This document shows positions 16,796-26,398 of a stretch of DNA of 43,806 nucleotides, one piece after another; position 1 is the stretch's first letter; every line of letters begins with the position of its first letter. Position numbers and translations under genes: made by a program. The DNA is from Nitrospira japonica (GTDB lineage: Bacteria > Nitrospirota > Thermodesulfovibrionia > Thermodesulfovibrionales > SM23-35): contig DYFC01000055.1 in NCBI GenBank assembly GCA_020725385.1, positions 1 to 43,806 of the forward strand, written 5' to 3'. Under the pieces are notes generated by a model, which saw only the letters and a list, made by a program, of their open reading frames with translations, was not told the origin of the DNA and searched no databases.

Positions 16796-18291
16796 GCGAA
16801 TTGCCTCATCAAAAATCTTTACGAAAGCGAATCATTGCCTCATTTAAAAATCTTTATGAAAAGGGGATAGATTTAGTAGGAATGGGTTGGTCTGGAAAAA
16901 CAGCTCTAAGGCAATTATACGGAGACAGTTTTGCATCCATATACATAATTTTATTAACAATATACCTTCTGAGCAAAAAAGACAGGATTATTTCAGGGGG
17001 TATAGATGGGATTAACAATGAATGAAAAGAAGGCAGTAGCAAGGGAAGTAGCCAAGAGGTATCAAAAGGCAAGTAAGAAGCAAAAAGGGATAATTCTTAA
17101 GGAGTTTATAGCACTTACGGAATATCACCGCACCTATGCGAGCTGGCTTTTAAGGAATTTTGGCCGGAAGGTATTTCTAAGACTCAATGGTAAAGAAAAC
17201 ATTAAGGTTGTTGGCGGTATCAAAAAGACACAAAGGAAAAGGGCAAGATATTATGATGAAAAGACCTTAAGGATTTTAAGAAGCATATGGGAAATTTCGG
17301 ACTATTTATGCGGCAAAAGGCTTGTTTCGTTTATTAAGGAGACATTGCCTTCATTGGAGAAATTCGGTGAACTTAAACTCGATAGTGATACAAGGAAGAA
17401 ACTTTTAAAGATAAGTCCTGCAACAATAGACAGGGAGTTAAAACAAGACAAGAAGAAATATATTTTAAAGAGCAGGGTAAGGACAAAGCCAGGGACGCTT
17501 CTTAAGCATCAGATACCCATAAGGACATTTTCGGAATGGAATGATAAGAGACCGGGATTTGTTGAGATTGACCTTGTTGGGCATGATGGAGGAGATGCAA
17601 GCGGTGAATTTGCCTATACACTTGACCTTACAGATGTATACAGTGGGTGGACTGAGACAGAGGCGGTAAGAAACAGAGCACAGAAGTGGGTATTTGAAGC
17701 GTTGATAAATATAGAGAAAAGACTTCCCTTCAAACTCCTTGGGCTTGACTCAGACAATGACAGCGCATTCATAAACGACCATCTCTTAAGATATTGTAAT
17801 GAGAGGAATATAACCTTCACAAGGTCAAGGCCATATAAGAAAAATGATAACTGTTTTGTTGAGCAGAAGAACTATTCTGTTGTAAGGAGAAATGTGGGAT
17901 ACTTTAGGTATGACACTGAAGAAGAACTTAAGATGCTCAATGAGCTTTATAGACATCTGAGACTTTATACTAATTTTTTTCAGCCTGTGATGAAGCTCAA
18001 AGAAAAGACAAGGATCGGAAGCAGAATCACAAAACATTATGACATAGCAAAGACACCGTGCCGGAGACTGCTTGAGTCAGAACATATAGACAGAGTGATC
18101 AAAAGAAAACTTAAAAAACAATATGAGAGCTTCAATCCTGCAGAACTGAAAAGGACAATTACAAAACTACAGAACAAACTCTTAAGACTTACTGCATTAA
18201 AAATAAAGGTGAATAATGAAAAAAATTTCGTATATAATTTTAATGAGGCAACGAATATCATTTCATAAAGATTTTTACGTGAGGCAACGAG
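16796..18291 (+). mobile_element. Complete IS-like element with two-unit terminal inverted repeats
   Basis: Left units TTGCCTCA..AAAAATCTTTAYGAAA at 16801 and 16836; inverted units at 18226-18251 and 18261-18287; possible TCCC duplication 16792-16795/18292-18295; exact ends uncertain. Confidence 0.85.
17006..18268 (+). CDS. DDE/rve integrase-type transposase (unclassified ISNCY-like; resembles the mycobacterial Rv2807 family as recalled)
   Basis: EIDLVGH, LDSDND, TRSRPYKKNDNCFVEQKN, SPATIDR. Confidence 0.9.
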   Translation: MGLTMNEKKAVAREVAKRYQKASKKQKGIILKEFIALTEYHRTYASWLLRNFGRKVFLRLNGKENIKVVGGIKKTQRKRARYYDEKTLRILRSIWEISDYLCGKRLVSFIKETLPSLEKFGELKLDSDTRKKLLKISPATIDRELKQDKKKYILKSRVRTKPGTLLKHQIPIRTFSEWNDKRPGFVEIDLVGHDGGDASGEFAYTLDLTDVYSGWTETEAVRNRAQKWVFEALINIEKRLPFKLLGLDSDNDSAFINDHLLRYCNERNITFTRSRPYKKNDNCFVEQKNYSVVRRNVGYFRYDTEEELKMLNELYRHLRLYTNFFQPVMKLKEKTRIGSRITKHYDIAKTPCRRLLESEHIDRVIKRKLKKQYESFNPAELKRTITKLQNKLLRLTALKIKVNNEKNFVYNFNEATNIIS

Positions 18292-18330
18292 TCCCTTTAC
18301 AAAAGTAAATCCAAAAGCTAACATGTCATT

Positions 18331-18736
18331 ATGCCAAACAATAGTGATCTGAAAAAATATATCCACAAGAGAAAAAAGAGGGACAGGAGTTTTGCCGAAG
18401 GGTACGACGAGGGTTATGAGCGAATGAGCACTCAAACACTGAACCCTACCGATATAAGGAAATTAGGATTACAGGCCTTGGCAAAGGCCCTGGGTCCCTT
18501 AGGAATGGTCCGTTTTCTTCAGCAATATGAGGGTGGAATTGTGACTATACAAAAGAAAGACACAAGTGGTTAAAAGATTTCACAGTTAACAGTATCGTAA
18601 AAGAGATAAAGAACAGACGAAAGCTCTCCTGATTATCACAGTAAGGGATAGAACCACGCTGAAGACATCAAGCTGTCAACTCTTGAGAAGGTTGCCTTCT
18701 GCCCTTGGTAAGAAGCTTGAAATAAAAATCGCTTAG
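18331..18736 (+). pseudogene. Disrupted XRE-HTH antitoxin gene
   Basis: N-terminal SDLKKYIHKRKKRDRSFAEGYDEGYE; C-terminal NHAEDIKLSTLEKVA/frameshift/SALGKKLEIKIA* (TAG 18734-18736); middle replaced. Confidence 0.7.
18424..18632 (+). pseudogene. Frameshifted small antitoxin-like gene nested in the XRE remnant
   Basis: MSTQTLNPTDIRKLGLQALAKALGPLGMVRFLQQYEGG continues in another frame as DYTKERHKWL...RKLS*. Confidence 0.7.
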
Positions 18737-18752
18737 AGCTTTATATTTCAGT

Positions 18753-18926
18753 GTGCCTGTTACGCTAGCTTGCCACTCCGCAGGCACGAGTTTTTCCATA
18801 GCCCCCGTCGCTCAGGCACTATGCTTGCGTTATCCCGCAAAAGCTGCGCCAGTCACTAAACTTGCTATTTGACTGCAAACAAGTCCATGCCTGTTACAGC
18901 TTCTGCATGGATGCAAGCCCGTGCCT
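18753..18926. other. GC-rich structured non-coding element (hairpin plus four-way junction)
   Basis: Nested inverted repeats listed in findings; identity unknown. Confidence 0.5.
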
Positions 18927-19188
18927 TCGCTCCACCTGCCCTTTACTCTACAAATAAGACTAAAAGGCTGTAAGATTCTTTATTTATTAAAAATTTTGTC
19001 TTAAATTTAATACCGTTATTTTTTATTACCCATAATTTTATTACTGATATGATGAAGTTTATATTTTATTAATGTTATTCAGACCATCTACGTTTTTTAA
19101 TCAGGGTTTGTAGTAGAAGATGTTATAGAATTCTGATCTTTTCAAAAACGTCTTCCCTTGCGTCCGAAAAAAAAAGACTTCGAAAGTG

Positions 19189-19545
19189 TTACAGTAGCTG
19201 TATAAAATCATCAAGTCCCTTTACTCTATTTATTAGCAGTTCGACTCCCTGATTAATATGTGCAATAAAATATTTATATTCGTCTTCTTCTTTTATTTTG
19301 TTTTCATAACACCATTGCTTGAAAAGTGCTATAAGGATTTGATCATTCTCACCTAATAAAGTATACCTATTGATTTCTTGTCCAGATTCATCTGAATAAA
19401 GTTCCAATGGTGGTATTCGCTCTTGGCCAAGGGATAAGCCCAAAGCTATACGGCATGCTATATTTGGAGTCAGTCCTGTACGGCCTTTAAATTGTTGAAG
19501 TTTTTTAGTAGAAGATTGAGATAGCTTTATACGTTTAAAATTCAT
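19189..19545 (-). CDS. dndE: DNA sulfur modification protein DndE
   Basis: TGLTPNIACRIALGLSL, EINRYTLLGE, HINQG; follows dndD. Confidence 0.92.
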   Translation of the reverse strand: MNFKRIKLSQSSTKKLQQFKGRTGLTPNIACRIALGLSLGQERIPPLELYSDESGQEINRYTLLGENDQILIALFKQWCYENKIKEEDEYKYFIAHINQGVELLINRVKGLDDFIQLL

Positions 19546-19546
19546 T

Positions 19547-21565
19547 TCAGTTCCAATAATAACCTTCTTTTATTTCTGAACGATGTTCAGAATCTATATA
19601 TTCAAGCTTGTATGTTTTACTAATATATGGCTCAAGCATTTTAAAATATTTTTCGTCTACTTCTGTATCAGTTGAAAAAATAAGTATTTGGTGAGAGGCG
19701 TGAGGGAAAAACTTCTCGATTAGATGGTCACGGTGTTGTGAATCAAGACGGGCGAGGGGTGTATCTATTGCGAAAGGCAGTATGCGCCCTGATATTTTTG
19801 CAAGTGCCCAAACCATTGCAATAGCGTATAACTCTAATTCACCAGAAGAAAGGCTATTTTTGTTAAGTCGCAAGCCATACTTGTCATATATGAATACATC
19901 AAGAGTGTTAGTATCAATTTCTATTTTGCTGATTAAGTCATCCTTACGATGTAAATTTGAGAAAAGATTTGTAAATTCTTTTTGAAGCATTCCTATTTTT
20001 TGCTTGCTAAGTTCCTTGTAATATTTTGTAAGGACTTTATTTGCCTTATCTGCAACCTCAATTTTTTTGCTATTTACTTCGGAGGCATAAAGTTTTCTTT
20101 CTATGATTGTCTTCTTCCGTAGAAGTTCTGTTTGTTCATTTATCAAAATATTTTTCTTGTCTTCTAAGTTTTTCTTTTCTTCAAGCAGTTTACCAAGTTC
20201 CTCATGTAGAAGATTCAGTTTGTCATTTAATGGCTTTAAAATATCTTCTGTTGGAATTCTTTCGATATCTTCGTATATCTTTTGTATTTCACGATACTTA
20301 GCTTCGTAAAGTTTTGTGAGTTCGGTTAATTTTAATGGTACTTCTTTAAGAGCTTCATCAATAGCGCTAAATATAATATGCACTTGCTTATATGACATGG
20401 AATGCACTTCAGATATATCAGGTTTTTCTGGTTTAATAATCAAAACTTCTTTCATATTTTTTATTAGTGATTTTAAAAATTTATTTTTTTCACTAATAAC
20501 AACACCTTCCAGCCCATTAAAGAGTTGAACTGCCACTTTCTTTTCATTAAACATTTCAAGTTTTGAACCAATAACTTCAGATAATGCCTTCACTAATTGT
20601 ATAGATTCTTCTTCTCGTAGTTGTTTTTTTAATCTGATAGCCAAATTTTTTGAAAGTGAAATCGGGAAAAGACCTGCAACAAGCTCTTTAATTTTTTCTC
20701 CAATCATTTCGAGTTCTTTTTCTGCTTTAATTTTATCTTCAAGAATGGCTTGTTTTTTTTGTAGATACTCCCCTCCCTGAGCACCTATTCTAACTTTTAA
20801 GTCATTAATCGATGCTTTAATGTCCTCAATCTTTGAAGAGAGCGTCGAATCTATCTGATAGGTTATTTCTTGTATTTTGATTTTCTTTTGATTTATTTCT
20901 TTATCAAGAGTCTCTATTTCATATTTCAAGGTGGGGTCAGCATTTTGTTTTAGAAGATTTCTCTTATATATTTTCAAATCAGATTGTAATCTTTCTATTA
21001 GGTTTAGACCAAGTAATGATATAACAGACCTTTTAAGTTCAAAATTATCATTATCACTAATTATTTTTTGGATTTTTTCAGCATCGAAGAAAAAAAGTTC
21101 TGATAAACCAAGCGGAATCAATTCCTTAATAAACTCCTGCCAGTATTCCTTACCTATTTTATCAATAGGTTTCCCGTCTTTTTTTACCAATAGAGTTTCA
21201 GTTATACCCTTTCCGTGTTTCTCCCAATAGCGTTGAACGGTATAAAGATTTTTTTCCCCATGAAATGAATAATCAAATTCTAATTCAATTGACGAAAAGT
21301 ACGGCTTGAGAAATGTTCCATTTGAGTTATTGATTTTTTCTCTTAGATATTCTTTATATTTGGCGTCACTCTTATGACGTAAAGATTCTGCACCATATAA
21401 GCAAAGCTTGATTGCCTCAAAAATTGTTGTTTTTCCAGAGCCATTCATTCCACCGAATAAAATAATTGGTCTATTCTTTCCTTCATTAAATTTAGGTTTA
21501 AGGTCTATTTCGAACCTTCCTAAAAATACTCCGATGTTATTAATTATAAGTTTATTTAGCAGCAT
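19547..21565 (-). CDS. dndD: DNA sulfur modification protein DndD (SMC/Rad50-like ATPase)
   Basis: GGMNGSGKT, FFFDAEKI, coiled coil, LSSGE, IDTPLARLD, FPHASHQILIFSTDTEV. Confidence 0.95.
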   Translation of the reverse strand: MLLNKLIINNIGVFLGRFEIDLKPKFNEGKNRPIILFGGMNGSGKTTIFEAIKLCLYGAESLRHKSDAKYKEYLREKINNSNGTFLKPYFSSIELEFDYSFHGEKNLYTVQRYWEKHGKGITETLLVKKDGKPIDKIGKEYWQEFIKELIPLGLSELFFFDAEKIQKIISDNDNFELKRSVISLLGLNLIERLQSDLKIYKRNLLKQNADPTLKYEIETLDKEINQKKIKIQEITYQIDSTLSSKIEDIKASINDLKVRIGAQGGEYLQKKQAILEDKIKAEKELEMIGEKIKELVAGLFPISLSKNLAIRLKKQLREEESIQLVKALSEVIGSKLEMFNEKKVAVQLFNGLEGVVISEKNKFLKSLIKNMKEVLIIKPEKPDISEVHSMSYKQVHIIFSAIDEALKEVPLKLTELTKLYEAKYREIQKIYEDIERIPTEDILKPLNDKLNLLHEELGKLLEEKKNLEDKKNILINEQTELLRKKTIIERKLYASEVNSKKIEVADKANKVLTKYYKELSKQKIGMLQKEFTNLFSNLHRKDDLISKIEIDTNTLDVFIYDKYGLRLNKNSLSSGELELYAIAMVWALAKISGRILPFAIDTPLARLDSQHRDHLIEKFFPHASHQILIFSTDTEVDEKYFKMLEPYISKTYKLEYIDSEHRSEIKEGYYWN

Positions 21566-22931
21566 TGATATTAAGTGATGCTATAAATTCTTTTTCCGTT
21601 CTCCAGTCTTCACCTATTATCCTGTCAATTTTGTTCATAATACTTGCCCTTTGATTCATTGCAGATAATTTTTTTTCCAGGTCAATCAACTTGGCAATCA
21701 ACTCTACTGGCATATTTTCGGTAATACAGATTTTTCTAAGAAGATTAAAATCTTCTAAATTTAAGATTGAACGGTCTTCTTTTGTATTAAAAATATCCTC
21801 ACCTACAATTTCTCTATATATAATTGGTACTGTATCAGCCCAGTCGTGTTCTTCTTGTCTCCAAATATCTCTTATTATCTCTAATTCTTTTAGTGAAATA
21901 AGAGAATAGGCTGGATCAGGCCCGATATTTCTCACTATTTTTTGTGTTAATAGCAATCTCTTTAAAAATTCTTGACGCCATTCAAATTTATATGGTCCAT
22001 ATGAAATCTTTGAACCATCTCTAACAAGTGTTATTTTCCCGTTTCGTCGTTTATGACTTCTATATTTATGTTTAACAGAAGGGTCTTGTGTTGAGGCTAA
22101 TAAGTTTCTGAACTCGAGAAGAGGTGTCATCCATTTCTCGCCGGCTTCAATTAGATTTGTTATACTAATGTCTTTTGAGACCACTGTACAAACCCAACAT
22201 CCAAACCTGCTATTGCCGCATGAAGGAGTTGTTTTGTCAAGTACCATTGGACATTCACCACCACTTGCCTTTGCATAAAGAGCTTTTAATATGTTGTTAT
22301 CCATTCCCCACTTGTTTTCTTCTGCTATTAGATATGACCAGACATCATCTGTTGTTAGATGTTCTATTGGAGTAAAAACATAGGCAGCAGGAAGAGAAGG
22401 ATGTTTTGATAATCCTAAATTATCTCTAACCTTTTTACTGAGCACCTGACTTCGGGATGCACTTTCATTTCCTCTTGCACCTATCACAATAGTTGTTTCA
22501 CCCCATTTGTTTACTTGTTCTTTAATAAAACTATCAACAGGTGCGATTTTAAGTCGTTCAGTACACCACCTGAACATTCGTGAGGGAGCAGGATACCCCT
22601 TCCCTATAAGATTCACCCAAAAGCTGTCTTCATATCGTGGAGTCAATAAATATGCATGAATGGGTAATCCTTTTGCTTGAGAAGCAATATTTATTTTTTC
22701 AATATTATTTAGTATGTACTTTCTAATTATAGGTGTTTCTACAAGGGTATCCGTAGATATCACATAGATAGATTGCTTTACATGATCTCGCGATAATCCT
22801 TCGATAGCCTCCCAGACAAGCTGAAGTGTTAGAGTTGAGTCTTTTCCACCTGAATATCCTATAATAAAAGGACGATTATATGTGAGATAGACTTTCCTAA
22901 TGTGTTGAATTATTGCAGTAAATTTGTCCAT
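21552..22931 (-). CDS. dndC: DNA phosphorothioation sulfurtransferase DndC
   Basis: GYSGGKDS, DTLVE, LIGKGYPAP..FRWCTERLKI, ECP...SCGNSRFGCWVCTVV. Confidence 0.97.
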   Translation of the reverse strand: MDKFTAIIQHIRKVYLTYNRPFIIGYSGGKDSTLTLQLVWEAIEGLSRDHVKQSIYVISTDTLVETPIIRKYILNNIEKINIASQAKGLPIHAYLLTPRYEDSFWVNLIGKGYPAPSRMFRWCTERLKIAPVDSFIKEQVNKWGETTIVIGARGNESASRSQVLSKKVRDNLGLSKHPSLPAAYVFTPIEHLTTDDVWSYLIAEENKWGMDNNILKALYAKASGGECPMVLDKTTPSCGNSRFGCWVCTVVSKDISITNLIEAGEKWMTPLLEFRNLLASTQDPSVKHKYRSHKRRNGKITLVRDGSKISYGPYKFEWRQEFLKRLLLTQKIVRNIGPDPAYSLISLKELEIIRDIWRQEEHDWADTVPIIYREIVGEDIFNTKEDRSILNLEDFNLLRKICITENMPVELIAKLIDLEKKLSAMNQRASIMNKIDRIIGEDWRTEKEFIASLNINAAK

Positions 22932-22937
22932 GCAATT

Positions 22938-24032
22938 TTAGGAACTTCTAAAAAATGCTTCTTCTACTTCTTTTTCTTCTGGAGTCAATTCCAAACCAAA
23001 CTTTTTTTTCAAAAGGTTGGTTGTCAGTATTACACAGTTATAAGACTTGCTTATCTTGCCTGCAATCATAGCTCTGCCTTCCCATAAAGCTGCATTTTTT
23101 CTGGCCCAGTCGATGTTATTAAGCTTTTTAAGTTCTCTTTTATAATCCTTCCCAATTGTTGATAGAAGATTAGCACCTAATTTACCTATAACATGCAAAG
23201 CTAATGCATGAGCATGTATATAATCACGCCGTAGCTCAAAGGTGCTAATCTTTTTTTCTGCTGCAAGTTTCCAATCTCTCATATTGTCACATACAGTACG
23301 CCAGAAATCTATTGCAATTTCTTTTTCTTGTGGAGATATATGATTTGATTTTTCATTCTTTGTAAGAAGACATAATGTCCCTTGATATATACCACTGAGC
23401 GTAAATAATTTAGTTGAGCGATTCGAAATTGTTGTTTTTTCCATTTCTGTCAAGTTGCGAAAAACTGCTACTTTATCTACTATCTCTTTTACAAGATTAG
23501 AAAGTGAGTCTCGATGATCATATAAAATCCCGAGAGATTTACTTGGTCTAACAGCATGCTTATTAAGATCAGCAAACATTTGTTGTGATTTCTTTAATCC
23601 AACGTCTATAAAAAAAACAACAGAGATGGTCTCGTCTCCTAAGTCAGGTTGTTCTTTCAATGCTTCTTCAATTGCTGCACGTCTGTGTTGTCCGTCATTA
23701 ACAACAAATCGGGCATCCATTGGTATTCTAAGTCTGCCAATGTCATCAAGTATTTCTCCATTATGATTTAATTTTTCAAAAAAAACATCGCCATCAATTG
23801 AAGCAGTAATAGATGAAAATATATAACCTGTCCTGTTTGTTAAAATATAATTAGCAATTTCAGGAATTCTTGCTTTATTGAGGACTCGCTGTGCTCTCAA
23901 TTCAGGCGGCAACTCACCTTCTTGAAAAAGAAATATTTTAGGCACCAGCTTTAAGGGACACATAACTACATAGTATTCTCGACCAGCTTGGCGTCCTTTT
24001 AGTGCTGTAAATACATATTCATAAGTCTGCAA
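22938..24032 (-). CDS. dndB: DNA sulfur modification regulator DndB (DGQHR domain)
   Basis: RAQRVLNKARIP, YIFSSITAS, NDGQHRRAAI, QQMFADLN; TTG start with GAGG SD. Confidence 0.95.
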   Translation of the reverse strand: MQTYEYVFTALKGRQAGREYYVVMCPLKLVPKIFLFQEGELPPELRAQRVLNKARIPEIANYILTNRTGYIFSSITASIDGDVFFEKLNHNGEILDDIGRLRIPMDARFVVNDGQHRRAAIEEALKEQPDLGDETISVVFFIDVGLKKSQQMFADLNKHAVRPSKSLGILYDHRDSLSNLVKEIVDKVAVFRNLTEMEKTTISNRSTKLFTLSGIYQGTLCLLTKNEKSNHISPQEKEIAIDFWRTVCDNMRDWKLAAEKKISTFELRRDYIHAHALALHVIGKLGANLLSTIGKDYKRELKKLNNIDWARKNAALWEGRAMIAGKISKSYNCVILTTNLLKKKFGLELTPEEKEVEEAFFRSS

Positions 24033-24074
24033 ATTATTTCCTCAACATAATAATATTTAGGATTATTTTTTGAA

Positions 24075-24124
24075 GGAAGTATAACAAATTAAAATAGGAA
24101 GTGTCAATAAACGATTATGGAAGT
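24075..24124 (-). promoter_or_regulatory. dndB promoter overlapped by three GGAAGT repeats at 22-bp period
   Basis: TTGACA (24107-24102)-18-TATACT (24083-24078); GGAAGT at 24075, 24097, 24119. Confidence 0.75.
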
Positions 24125-24233
24125 TTATTATTTTACGCTTTTTTAAAATTTTAAAATAATACTTGAAATCATCAAAATAAATTATTTATTTTAAGACAAT
24201 TTTATTAGATTTTTTAACTTTAAGGATTTTTTT

Positions 24234-24404
24234 ATGGCTTTGGACGAAAAAAAGATTTCGAAGTTTCTTAGAGAAATAATGAATATTGAACGTAGATTTG
24301 ATCACGAAATGAAGAATGTAAAGAGTGGCCGTTTGGATAAGGTGAGAGAAATATTAGAGAAATTCTCTGCAGAGGAATTAGACAGTGAAGATTCAAACTG
24401 TTGA
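24234..24404 (+). CDS. Unannotated 56-aa protein heading the Pbe-like operon
   Basis: MALDEKKISKFLREIMNIERRFDHEMKNVKSGRLDKVREILEKFSAEELDSEDSNC*; AAGGA SD; overlaps the ATPase start by 20 nt. Confidence 0.75.
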   Translation: MALDEKKISKFLREIMNIERRFDHEMKNVKSGRLDKVREILEKFSAEELDSEDSNC

Positions 24405-26397
24405 ACTAACAAACTTTAGACAATTCTATGGAAGTCAAAAAATCGAATTTTCTACTGACCCCCAAAAAAATGTAACATTAATTCATGCTGAAAATGGCTT
24501 TGGCAAGACTACAATACTAAATTCAATCCTGTGGGCACTCTTTGACCAACTCACAGCAAAATTTGAGGATCCTCAAGTAAAAATAAATTTTGAAGCATTA
24601 GAAGAAGGAATCAGCGAAGCCAAAGTCGAAGTTGGTATGCTATTCAAGTCGTTAAACTATCTTGTTGTTCGTCGTGTCGATAAACTTAACAAATCTAAAT
24701 TAGAAGCTTTTAAAATTATTGCTGGTCGACATGAACCCCTTAATGCACCTGAAACATTTATTAATTCTGTTGTTCCCTCTGAAATGGCAAAATATTTCTT
24801 CTTCGATGGTGAAGCTGCTGAAGCTTACTCTTCTGCAACAAATTATGAGGCAATTGGTAAAGCAATCCGCAGTATTTTGGGATGCGAATTGGCAGAAACA
24901 GCAATCGAAGATTTAAAGGAGACTTGCAAAAGTATAGATAAGGAGCTCAGAAAGATTCCCGGAGAAGATGAGATTCATGATATCGAAGAAGAAATTAGCA
25001 AAATAGAGGATGAACTAGAAAACCATTTAAGACTAAAGGAAAAGCTTGAGGATGAAATTGCTAATTATACTAAAGAACGCTCAATTATTGACAAAAAATT
25101 GCACGAAATGGAAGCTGCAAAAGAAATTCATACTGCACGTACAGCTAAAGAGGAGCAATTAAGTAATGTTCGCCAAGATATTAAAGCAACTATACAAGAA
25201 ATTGTCAAATGGGTCGGCAACAGATCAATTCAAGTGGTCGGTCGCAGATTGGCTCAAGAAACATTCGAATTCATAAATGAAGCAAGCTTAAAAGGGAAAA
25301 TACCAAGCCCATATAATGAAGAATTTGTTAAAGGTTTACTGGATGATGAAATTTGCATTTGTCATCGTCCTCTTAAGCCAGGGTCTGAAGAATGGGTTGC
25401 TGTTGCTGAACTTCTTAAGAATGCATCCAATGCAGAAATAATGGGGCGGGTAGTTCGTGCCAGGGCACGCGCATCAGTATTCAGTGAAGAGTCTGGTGAT
25501 GCTTCAAAGACTATTTCAGATTCAAAGAAAAAGCTCGGATCACTCACAGCAAAATATGAAAAACTTGAACAGGAAGTTGCTGAGCTTAGCAAAAAACTTG
25601 AGAATGTTCAGATAGATGAGATCGCTGAAAGGGAACGAGCCAGACGAAATTTAGATAGTAAGATTCTGGATAATAGTCAAAAACTCGGAGGAGTGAAAGG
25701 AAAAATCAATCAATTGGAGACAAATAAAAGAATCAAGGAAGAGGAGCTCCAAAAAGCAGGACAAAAAAACAAGCAAGCAAGGAGGCTTCTGCTAAGGCGA
25801 GAACTTTTAGTAAGATCAGGGGAAGTACTTAAAAGACTTTTGGAAAGCTATGAGGATGAAGCCAGAAAGAATATTCAAGAAGAAATTAATAAAATTCTTG
25901 GTGTTGTTGCCCACAAAGATTACGAGTGTCGAATAAATCCCAACTTTTCAATAGAATTAGTACTTTCTAAAGGACGACGAAGTCCAAAAAGTGGTGGTGA
26001 AAATCAACTTTTGAGCCTTGTATTTATTGCGTCTCTTATCAAGTTTGCAGCATCAAGAATAAATGATGATAATCTTATCTTGAAACCAGGTACTGTTGCA
26101 CCTCTTGTTATTGATGCCCCCTTAGGTCAACTTGATACTACCTATAGAGCAAGTTTTGGAGAATATATTCCTAAGCTTGCGGAACAGATAATATTATTGT
26201 TATCAAGTGGGCAAGCTGACCCTGAAGTCTTGGAGGCATTGGAACCTTACATAGGTGCTGAATATCTTTTGTTTTCTGAGAATAAAGGACCTAGAGGACA
26301 AAGGCCAGAAGTTCACCGCTCAATTCGTGGAAAGGATTACATAGTAACTCTTTTCAATCAGTCTAGGAATATGACACGCATTGAAAGGATAAAATAG
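24385..26397 (+). CDS. pbeC: DndD-like SMC/Rad50 ATPase of the PT-associated effector module (PbeC-like)
   Basis: NFRQFYG, HAENGFGKT, YFFFDGE, central CIC zinc-hook-like motif, KSGGE, IDAPLGQLD. Confidence 0.78.
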   Translation: MKIQTVELTNFRQFYGSQKIEFSTDPQKNVTLIHAENGFGKTTILNSILWALFDQLTAKFEDPQVKINFEALEEGISEAKVEVGMLFKSLNYLVVRRVDKLNKSKLEAFKIIAGRHEPLNAPETFINSVVPSEMAKYFFFDGEAAEAYSSATNYEAIGKAIRSILGCELAETAIEDLKETCKSIDKELRKIPGEDEIHDIEEEISKIEDELENHLRLKEKLEDEIANYTKERSIIDKKLHEMEAAKEIHTARTAKEEQLSNVRQDIKATIQEIVKWVGNRSIQVVGRRLAQETFEFINEASLKGKIPSPYNEEFVKGLLDDEICICHRPLKPGSEEWVAVAELLKNASNAEIMGRVVRARARASVFSEESGDASKTISDSKKKLGSLTAKYEKLEQEVAELSKKLENVQIDEIAERERARRNLDSKILDNSQKLGGVKGKINQLETNKRIKEEELQKAGQKNKQARRLLLRRELLVRSGEVLKRLLESYEDEARKNIQEEINKILGVVAHKDYECRINPNFSIELVLSKGRRSPKSGGENQLLSLVFIASLIKFAASRINDDNLILKPGTVAPLVIDAPLGQLDTTYRASFGEYIPKLAEQIILLLSSGQADPEVLEALEPYIGAEYLLFSENKGPRGQRPEVHRSIRGKDYIVTLFNQSRNMTRIERIK

Positions 26398-26398
26398 A

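Noticed and set aside
16801-16862. Two spaced repeats as a mini-CRISPR
   Set aside because: Only about 9 nt between units, inverted copies at the other end of the transposase and no cas genes; these are IS ends.
16801-17072. 74-aa and 72-aa ORFs at the IS left end
   Set aside because: They run through the terminal repeats and RBS hairpin with no recognisable similarity; accessory genes not supported.
19189-24032. Inferring the PT target motif from the window
   Set aside because: Cannot be determined by eye; needs PT mapping.
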